Assembly: GCA_964291295.2 (NCBI GenBank)
Contig: OZ219754.1
Coordinates: forward strand, 1,920,001 to 1,984,000
From: an uncultured Candidatus Binatia bacterium
Lineage (GTDB): Bacteria > Desulfobacterota > Binatia > UBA9968 > JAJDTQ01
Length of the DNA: 64,000 nt
Direction of reading: 5' to 3'
Positions 56,911-64,000 of this stretch are shown piece by piece. Every line of letters starts with the position of its first letter. Position 1 is the first letter of the stretch. The notes below the pieces were generated by a model. That model was not told the origin of the DNA, made no database searches, and worked only from the letters and a program-made list of their open reading frames with translations. Made by a program: the position numbers and the translations under genes.

Positions 56911-58503
56911 ATGGCGCTTTTCGATACCGTACTCCACGGCGGGGCCATCATCGACGGGGCGGGCAACCCTTGGTACTACGGGGATCTGGCCATCAAGGAC
57001 GGCCGGATCGCGGCCATGGGACGGCTGGCCCCGGGCTCGGGGATCCGCTCCATCGACATCCGGGGCAAGATGGTGACGCCCGGCTACATCGACATGCATA
57101 CCCACAGCGACCAGCCGCTGGTGGCGGACGGCAACGGTGAGAGCAAGGTGCGGCAGGGGGTGACCCTGGACATCATCGGCGAAAGCCAGACCGTGGCGCC
57201 GCTGGCGGGGCCGGTGTTCGAGGAATATGTGGCCGAGCACCGGCACCGGAACGGCATCGAAGCGGACTGGACGACCTTCAGCGAATACTTTGACCGGCTC
57301 GCGGCGAGCGGGATCTCCATCAATGTGGCCTCGGGGGTCTCCCCGCAGCAGGTCAAGCGGGTGGTGGTGGGGTTTCAGGAACGGCCGGCCACCGCGGCGG
57401 AGCAGGAGCGGATGGACGGCCATGTGGCGCAGGCCATGGAGCAGGGGGCGTTGGGACTCACCGCGGCTTGGCATGCCAAGGGGCCGGAGTACCCGGACGA
57501 GGTGGTGTCCATGGCCCGGGTGGCGCGCCGGTACGGCGGCTACTATGGCGTGCACCTGGGCAGTGAGGGTTTCGACATCCAGGAGGAGCTGGAGAAGGCC
57601 CTCAGGGTGGGGCGGGAGGCGGCCATTCCCATCCATGTCTATCACCTGAAGATGCGCTCCAAGGAGAACTGGGGGCGGGTGATGCAGGTGGTGGCGCAGA
57701 TCGAGGAAGCCCGCCGTGAGGGCCTGGACGTCACGGCCAACCAGTATCCGTACACGGCCATGCAGCATCCGTGGCACCGCCTCTTCCCGCGCTGGGTGCA
57801 GGATGCCCCGGTGCGGGAGACCATCGGCGAGTTCATGCATCCTGGCTTCCGCCAGCGGGTCATGGACGATCCCGAGTTCACCCAGTACGTCAGCGAGCAC
57901 GGCGGTTGGGAAGGGATCGTGGCGGCCCGCCTCGACAAGCCCGAGTACCATGGGTGGGAGGGGAAGACCATCGCGGAGATCGCGGCGATACGCGGCCAGG
58001 ACCCTGCCGCCGCCTGCTTCGACCTGATCCACGGCGAGGGCATCTTCATCCACGGCATCCACCACACGCTGCGCGAGCAGGACGTGCAGGATGTCATGCG
58101 GGTGCCGTGGGTCTCGGTGGCTTCCGACGGCAGCGCCCTCAACCTCCGCTCCCGGGGCCGGCCGCACCCCCGCAGCTTCGGCACCCATGTGCGGGTGCTG
58201 GGCCGGTACGTGCGCGACGAGAAGGTGCTGGCCCTGCCCGACGCGGTGCGCAAGATGACGTCGCTGCCGGCCCAGGTGCTGGGGCTCAGGGACCGGGGGC
58301 TCCTCAGGGAAGGCTACTGGGCCGACGTGGTGGTGTTCGATCCCGATACGGTGGCGGACCGGGCCACCTTCGAGAACCCCAAGCAGTACCCCAAGGGTGT
58401 CGCGTACGTGTTCGTCAACGGAGAGATGGTGATCGAGGACGGCGACCATACCGGCGCCCGGCCCGGCCGGGTCGTCCATGGCCCGGGAAAGAAAGAGAGA
58501 TGA
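56911..58503 (+). CDS. N-acyl-D-amino-acid deacylase (D-aminoacylase) family amidohydrolase
   Basis: 'PGYIDMHTHSD', 'HVYHLK', 'QYPYTA', 'SDG', 'HPRSFGT', 'RKMTSLPA'. Confidence 0.9.
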   Translation: MALFDTVLHGGAIIDGAGNPWYYGDLAIKDGRIAAMGRLAPGSGIRSIDIRGKMVTPGYIDMHTHSDQPLVADGNGESKVRQGVTLDIIGESQTVAPLAGPVFEEYVAEHRHRNGIEADWTTFSEYFDRLAASGISINVASGVSPQQVKRVVVGFQERPATAAEQERMDGHVAQAMEQGALGLTAAWHAKGPEYPDEVVSMARVARRYGGYYGVHLGSEGFDIQEELEKALRVGREAAIPIHVYHLKMRSKENWGRVMQVVAQIEEARREGLDVTANQYPYTAMQHPWHRLFPRWVQDAPVRETIGEFMHPGFRQRVMDDPEFTQYVSEHGGWEGIVAARLDKPEYHGWEGKTIAEIAAIRGQDPAAACFDLIHGEGIFIHGIHHTLREQDVQDVMRVPWVSVASDGSALNLRSRGRPHPRSFGTHVRVLGRYVRDEKVLALPDAVRKMTSLPAQVLGLRDRGLLREGYWADVVVFDPDTVADRATFENPKQYPKGVAYVFVNGEMVIEDGDHTGARPGRVVHGPGKKER

Positions 58504-60176
58504 TGATGGCGCTGCCGGAGAGTCTCTACGCCGACACGATCCTGGTGAACGGCACCGTCATCACGGTGGACGATGCCCGTCCGGCGGCCGAGGCGGTGGC
58601 GCTCAAGGGCGACCGGATCCTGCACGTGGGAAGCAACGACGAGGTGCGCGCGTGTGCCGGCCGCACCACGCGTGTCATGGACTGCGGCGGAAAGACGGTG
58701 CTCCCGGGGTTCATCGAACCGCACACCCACTTCATGTCCTTCGGCGTCCGGCTGGGGATGGTGAATGTGCGCACGCCGCCGAACCATACCATCGGGGACG
58801 TGCTGGCGCGCATCCGCGAACGCGCGGCGACGACTCCCCGGGGGCAGTGGATCGAGGCTCAGGGCTACGAGCACACCGCGGTCGCGGAGAAGCGCTGGCC
58901 CACGCGGGCCGAGCTGGACGCCGCCGCCCCGGACCACCCGCTGGTCATCACCTACCGTTCGTCCCACGTGTGGATGGCCAACAGCGCGGCGCTGAAGCTG
59001 GCCGGCCTCGACGACGGCACGCCCCAGCCCGAGGGCGGCCACATGGACCGGGATCCGGACACCGGCAGGCTGACCGGCGTGCTGCGGGAAAAGGCCGCCA
59101 GCCGGCCGGTGACGAGTCTGGTGCCACATCCCACCTTGCAGCAGCTCAAGGACGGCGTGGAGCTGGCGGGCCGCGAATACAACGCCGTGGGCATCACCTC
59201 CACCCACGACGCCGGCACCGGGGACACCCCCGATTACTACCGGGCCTACCAGGAGACCATCGACGAAGGGCGGCTCAAGGTGCGGGTCTATCTCATGATT
59301 CACGACCTGCCCTACAAGCGCTTCTACCTGGAGCGAGACCTGGGGCTCCGCACCGGCTTCGGCAGCGACTGGCTCCGGCTGGGGGCGGTCAAGACCTGCA
59401 GCGACGGCTCCATCCAGGTGCACACCTGCGCCTTCTACGACCCCTACATCACCCGCGACACCGACGATCCCACCAAGGATCCCCGCGGCGTGCTGCAGTA
59501 CTCGCCCGAGAATCAGAAAGCGTTGGTCCTGGAAGCCCACGGCAAGGGTTACCAGGTGGCCATCCACGCCCAGGGCGACCGCGGCGTGGACGTGGCGCTG
59601 GATGCCGTCGAGAATGCCATGAACAAAGTGCCGCGGCCGGATCCGCGCCACCGCATCGAGCACTGCCAGGGAGTGACCCGGGAGGCGCTGCGGCGCATGA
59701 GCCGTCTGGGGGTCATCGCGTCGTTCTACCCGCACCACCTCTGGTACTGGGGCGACCGCCATATCCACGACTTCCTGGGGATGGAACGGGCGCGGCGGCT
59801 GGATCCCATGCGCACGGCCATCGACCTGGGCGTGGTCACCGTGGCCCACTCGGACACGCCTATCGCGCTGCCCAAGGATCCGCTCTTCGCCACCGACCCG
59901 CTCTTCGGCATCTGGTGCGCGGTCAACCGCAGGACGCGCGCCGGCGTGGTGCTGGGTGAAGACGAGCGCATCACCCCCATGGAGGGCATCCGCGCCTACA
60001 CCATCAACGCCGCCAGGGCGGCTTTCGAGGAGCGCATCAAGGGCTCCATCACCACCGGCAAGCTGGCGGACCTCGTGGTGCTGGGGGAGAATCCGCTGGC
60101 GGTGGATCCGTGGGAGATCCGCCACATCCCGGTGGAGCGGACCATCGTGGGGGGAGAGGTGGTCTACGAAGCCTGA
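58500..60176 (+). CDS. Amidohydrolase 3 family (YtcJ-like)
   Basis: 'PGFIEPHTH', 'K..SDGS', 'HAQGD', 'RHRIEH', 'HSDTP', 'GKLADLVVL'. Confidence 0.9.
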   Translation: MMMALPESLYADTILVNGTVITVDDARPAAEAVALKGDRILHVGSNDEVRACAGRTTRVMDCGGKTVLPGFIEPHTHFMSFGVRLGMVNVRTPPNHTIGDVLARIRERAATTPRGQWIEAQGYEHTAVAEKRWPTRAELDAAAPDHPLVITYRSSHVWMANSAALKLAGLDDGTPQPEGGHMDRDPDTGRLTGVLREKAASRPVTSLVPHPTLQQLKDGVELAGREYNAVGITSTHDAGTGDTPDYYRAYQETIDEGRLKVRVYLMIHDLPYKRFYLERDLGLRTGFGSDWLRLGAVKTCSDGSIQVHTCAFYDPYITRDTDDPTKDPRGVLQYSPENQKALVLEAHGKGYQVAIHAQGDRGVDVALDAVENAMNKVPRPDPRHRIEHCQGVTREALRRMSRLGVIASFYPHHLWYWGDRHIHDFLGMERARRLDPMRTAIDLGVVTVAHSDTPIALPKDPLFATDPLFGIWCAVNRRTRAGVVLGEDERITPMEGIRAYTINAARAAFEERIKGSITTGKLADLVVLGENPLAVDPWEIRHIPVERTIVGGEVVYEA

Positions 60177-60199
60177 CGGCTTCGCGCATTCCGAAAAGA

Positions 60200-60233
60200 G
60201 GACGGCCGCGCCGGAGTCCGGCCGCGGCCGTCC
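60200..60233. terminator. GC-rich hairpin between convergent genes
   Basis: ggacggccgcg-ccggagtccggc-cgcggccgtcc. Confidence 0.55.
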
Positions 60234-60267
60234 GGGAGTGCCCGGTGGCGCGTGACGGTTGCTCCCA

Positions 60268-61809
60268 TCACGCCTTGATCTTCATGTCTTCCAGCAGAAT
60301 CTTCTCGTCCGGCCGCGGGGTCCAGTCGAGCCCGCGAACCGCGCCGTAGTGATCGAAGAGCTGGTAGAGCGGGATCATCGGCGCCTCCTCCATGATGACC
60401 TCGCTCATCTTTCGTAGTATCGTCAACCGCTTGGCGTCGTCCGACTCGGCCTGCTCGGCATCCACCAGCGCGTCGAACCCCGCGTGGCTGAACTGGGTGC
60501 GCTTGGAGCCGCCGGTGCGGAAGTACTGGTACAGCGGGGTATCGGCGTCCAGCACGCTGCCCCGACCGATGTAGTAGAACGGCACCTTGCCACCATTGAC
60601 GCCGCTCCGGCCCCAGAAGACCACCCATTCCTGCGGCACGATCTCCACCCGGAACCCGCCCTTGGACATCTGGTTGGCCACCACCTGCACCAATTCCGTG
60701 TCCTTCTCGTACTTGCCGGGCGAGAAGTGCAGCTTGACGTCCACGCCGTCGGGATGTCCGGCCCTGGCCAGCAGTTCCTTCGCCTTCCCGGGGTCGTAGG
60801 GGTAGCGCCTGACCTCGGGGTTGTACCCGATGACCCGGGGTCCCACGGGTCCCTGAAGCACTTCGCCGTTGCCGTCGAAGATGTTCCTGACGATGGAGTC
60901 CGCGTCCACGCAATAGTTGGCGGCCTGGCGCACGAGCTTGTTGTCCCAGGGCTTGAAGTTGACGTTGAACGCGAAGAAGTAGATCCGCAGACCTGGAACG
61001 CTGCGCACCCCGACCCGCGGATGGCGGTTGACTCGCGCCACCTCATGCACCGGCACTCGGTCGATGACGTCGCACTGTCCCGCCTCCAGACCGGCCATGC
61101 GCGAGTTGACCTCCACCACCTTGCGCCACACGAGCTCCCTGATGGCGGGTCTGGCACCCCAGTAGTCGTCATTGCGGGTCAGCACCAAGTCGCCGTCGCG
61201 CCGGAAGCTCTTGAACCTGTACGGCCCCGTGCCCGTCGGGTGCTTGTCCACATCCTTGCCGTACTGGTCCGCCACCGTCTTGCTCATGATGAAGCGGTTG
61301 CGCACGCCCCGGGCAAGGAACGTGACCGAAGGCTTCCGGGTCACCACCACCACGGTGTGCGCGTCCGGTGTCTTCACCTCCTGGACGTTCCGGAACGACC
61401 GCCGTTGCAGGCTCCTCCTGTCGTTCTTCATCCGGTCGATGGAAAACGCCACGTCCGCAGAGGTCAGGGGGCTGCCGTCGTGGAACCGGATGCCCTTGCG
61501 CAGCTTGAACTCCCACTCCCGGCCCCGGTACTCCCAGGACTCTGCCAGGCGTCCGACGAACCTGGCCCGGGCGTAGTCGAACTCCACCAGCGGCTCCATC
61601 ATGTGCTGCCACAAGCCGTAAGTGGCGCCGCTGCTGTGGTCGTAGGGGTGAAGGTTGTCCATGCTGCTGGCGTTGTAGACGATCACCCGGTCCTCGGACG
61701 CCGCCCATGCCAACGGTCCCGGTGTGGGATGGATCAGGGCCGCAGCTCCCAGCACCGCACCTCCCTTCAGCAGATCGCGCCGGCTGATCCGTCGTCTGTC
61801 GTCGCTCAT
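60268..61809 (-). CDS. ABC transporter family-5 (peptide/nickel) substrate-binding protein, Tat-exported
   Basis: Tat motif 'SRRDLLKG', then 'LAESWE', 'LRKGIRFHDGSPLTSADV', 'GTGPY', 'VRQA'. Confidence 0.92.
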   Translation of the reverse strand: MSDDRRRISRRDLLKGGAVLGAAALIHPTPGPLAWAASEDRVIVYNASSMDNLHPYDHSSGATYGLWQHMMEPLVEFDYARARFVGRLAESWEYRGREWEFKLRKGIRFHDGSPLTSADVAFSIDRMKNDRRSLQRRSFRNVQEVKTPDAHTVVVVTRKPSVTFLARGVRNRFIMSKTVADQYGKDVDKHPTGTGPYRFKSFRRDGDLVLTRNDDYWGARPAIRELVWRKVVEVNSRMAGLEAGQCDVIDRVPVHEVARVNRHPRVGVRSVPGLRIYFFAFNVNFKPWDNKLVRQAANYCVDADSIVRNIFDGNGEVLQGPVGPRVIGYNPEVRRYPYDPGKAKELLARAGHPDGVDVKLHFSPGKYEKDTELVQVVANQMSKGGFRVEIVPQEWVVFWGRSGVNGGKVPFYYIGRGSVLDADTPLYQYFRTGGSKRTQFSHAGFDALVDAEQAESDDAKRLTILRKMSEVIMEEAPMIPLYQLFDHYGAVRGLDWTPRPDEKILLEDMKIKA

Positions 61810-62095
61810 GTCACAACTCCTTTCCCTTCGGGTCTCGGTCTGCGAGGTCCGAGGCTTCTTTCCGGGCGTCCATGGCATGGCGCCCCGGACAATCCATGAA
61901 GTGTGCGTTGGCGATGTCGGGCGGTCGGCGCAGGTGCCACCATGGCGGTTCCCTTCCAAGAGGCGTGATGTCCGGCCCCGGTAATGCCCTCGGCCAGTGC
62001 CCTGGATGCTTCCACGTAGCCGCGCCGGCGGTATCGCGGGCGCCGCGGATGGCCAGCGTGGGGCGCCGGCATCCGCGGCGGCGCGAGGGATCGAC

Positions 62096-63640
62096 TTACT
62101 CGGTGATGGTCATCTCCCAAGTGCGGATCCTCTCGTCGGAACGGGGCTGCCACTCGATATTGCTGGCGGTGCCGTAGATGTCCGCGAGATTCCACAGCGG
62201 CACCCACGGGGAATCCTCCTTCAGGATCCGGCCCGCCTGGTGCAGCAGCTTCGCCCGTTTCTCGGGATCGGCTTCCGCCATTTCCGCTTCGATGATCCTG
62301 TCGAGTTCGGGGTTGCTGTAGGCGATCCGGGGGCTTGAGCCGGTCTTGAAGTACTGCTCGATGTGTGTGTGGACGTCGATGACACCGCCCCGGCCGATGT
62401 AGTAGAAGGGCATCTTGCCGCCGTTGACCCCGGACTTGCCCCAGAATACCACCCACTCCTGGGTGATGATCTCGACGTCGAACCCGCCCTTCTTCATCTG
62501 GGCTGCGATGGCCTGCACCACCTCGGTGTCCTTGGGGTACCGTCCCGCCGAGTAGTAGAGCTTCACGGACACGCCGTCCGGGTAGCCGGCCTTGGCCAGC
62601 AGTTCGCGGGACTTCTCCGGGTCGTAGGGGTAGCGTTCGGCATTGGGGTCATGGCCGATGTACTGCGCCCCGCCCGCCCCTTCGACCACGAAGCCGGCCC
62701 CGTCGAAGATGTTCTCGACGATGGAGTAGGCGTCCACGGAGTAGTTGGCGGCCTGCCGCACGAGCTTGTTGTCCCAAGGCTTGAACCCGGGGTTGATGGC
62801 CAGGAAGTAGATGCGCGACCCTGGCACCGCCTTGATGCTGAGCCTGGGGTTCCGCTTCAGGCGTTCCACCTCGTGGGCCGGCACGGCGTTGATCACGTTC
62901 ACCTGCCCGGACTCCAGGGCCGCGACCCTTGCGGCCTCTTCCGTCACCTTGCGCCATACCAAGGTCTTGATCTGCGGTTTCGGGGAACCCCAGTAGTCGT
63001 CGTTGCGCTCCAGCACCAGGTCGCCGTCGCGCTTGAAGCTCACGAACTTGTACGGCCCGGTGCCGGTGGGATGCTTGTCCACGTCCTTGCCGTGCTTGTC
63101 GGCGGCCGCCTTGCTCATGATGAAGCGGCTCTGGAGGCTGTCGAGAAGCACGATGTTGGGTTTCCGGGTCACCAGGACGAAGGTGTGGTCGTCGATGACC
63201 CGCGTCTCCGTCACGTCGCGCAGTTGCCTCCGCTGGAGGCTCTTCTTGTCCGTCTTGATGCGGTTGAACGAGAACGCCACGTCGTGCGCGGTAAGGGGCG
63301 AGCCGTCGTGAAATCTGATGCCCTTCTTCAGCCTGAAGACCCACTCCTTGCCCTTGAACTCCCAAGACTCGGCGAGCTTGGGGACATACGTGCTGGTCTT
63401 CTGATCCACCTCCACCAGCGGCTCCAGGATGTGCTCCCAGATGCCGTAGGCCGGGCTCAGGCTGTGGTTGTAGGGATGGAGAGAATCGATGCTGCCGGCG
63501 TGGTAGATCACCACCTTGTCCTTGGAGGCGGCCACGGCGAATCCTGACGCGAGAACGCCCAAGGTGAACGCGAGTCCTGCCATCAAGGTCCAGGCCTGTC
63601 GCCACCGTCTGCCGTGAATACCTGTCTCGAGCTTGATCAT
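62096..63640 (-). CDS. ABC transporter family-5 substrate-binding protein, paralog of 60268..61809
   Basis: Signal peptide ending 'AVA', then 'LAESWE', 'FHDGSPLTAHDV', 'GTGPY'. Long identical blocks shared with its neighbour. Confidence 0.92.
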   Translation of the reverse strand: MIKLETGIHGRRWRQAWTLMAGLAFTLGVLASGFAVAASKDKVVIYHAGSIDSLHPYNHSLSPAYGIWEHILEPLVEVDQKTSTYVPKLAESWEFKGKEWVFRLKKGIRFHDGSPLTAHDVAFSFNRIKTDKKSLQRRQLRDVTETRVIDDHTFVLVTRKPNIVLLDSLQSRFIMSKAAADKHGKDVDKHPTGTGPYKFVSFKRDGDLVLERNDDYWGSPKPQIKTLVWRKVTEEAARVAALESGQVNVINAVPAHEVERLKRNPRLSIKAVPGSRIYFLAINPGFKPWDNKLVRQAANYSVDAYSIVENIFDGAGFVVEGAGGAQYIGHDPNAERYPYDPEKSRELLAKAGYPDGVSVKLYYSAGRYPKDTEVVQAIAAQMKKGGFDVEIITQEWVVFWGKSGVNGGKMPFYYIGRGGVIDVHTHIEQYFKTGSSPRIAYSNPELDRIIEAEMAEADPEKRAKLLHQAGRILKEDSPWVPLWNLADIYGTASNIEWQPRSDERIRTWEMTITE

Positions 63641-63776
63641 GCGGTTCCCCTTTCGGATGCGGTTCCGGCCGGTGCCGTACCCCGATACGTAACCGCGATA
63701 CATAGGTAATAGTCGCGTCGAAAGTCAACCCTGGAGAAGGGCGGCCCTGAACGGTCTGCAGGACGGCGTCCGACAT

Positions 63777-63806
63777 CCCTCCTCCGGAACCGGGTCCGGA
63801 GGAGGG
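63777..63806. other. 12-bp perfect inverted repeat upstream of the binding-protein pair
   Basis: ccctcctccgga-accggg-tccggaggaggg. Confidence 0.5.
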
Positions 63807-64000
63807 CGGCGGCGTTCGCCGGATGGACGTTGCCGCGCGGGAGCTGTATGCAGGGGAGACCGCTTCCGCGCAGGCGGCATTCACCACCGGAGGTTTCCAT
63901 GGCCGGCAATCGTCCGCTCTGTCCCGACACGGCGTTCTTCAACGGAACGGTCCACACGTTCGCACCCGGAGTCCCGCCGGTCCAGGCCGTGGCCTGCGCC

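Overview
High-GC bacterial window, about 50 genes, mostly accessory catabolic and transport functions. The gene mix (many luciferase-like monooxygenases, cupins, amidohydrolases, orphan solute-binding proteins, a sulfotransferase-like propeller, an RTX protein) suggests an uncultured 'deltaproteobacterial'/Binatia- or Tectomicrobia-like organism; this is inference only. In order: a GT25-GT4-RTX-GT25-GT2 surface locus; a gentisate-dioxygenase-like cupin divergent from a cyclodeaminase/M20 pair; an AT-richer islet with a HigB-like toxin, HTH antitoxin and SecB-like chaperone (a TAC module); sfsA; an LLM/hydrolase/Mo-hydroxylase operon; a membrane LytTR regulator; cupin, deacetylase and VOC genes; a TctC-like binding protein; ehuBCDA; a CDGSH-cupin-GST-larE cluster; a complete nuoA-N operon with fused nuoCD; phzF-like; an oxalate/formyl-CoA module (ThDP enzyme, frc, ADP-forming ligase); TAXI-like, amidase and ASST-like genes; two amidohydrolases; two family-5 binding proteins. 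The two strongest signals are in-frame TGA codons that the ORF track misses. (1) A glutathione transferase has TGA at its catalytic Cys position (U-P-Y-A), followed by a SECIS-like hairpin, and overlaps the start of larE. (2) The TAC antitoxin's apparent chaperone-addiction tail (36 aa, CxxC, ending in AA) lies in frame behind a TGA. No tRNA, rRNA, CRISPR array, integrase or transposase was recognised. All calls come from reading motifs by eye; no database searches were run.
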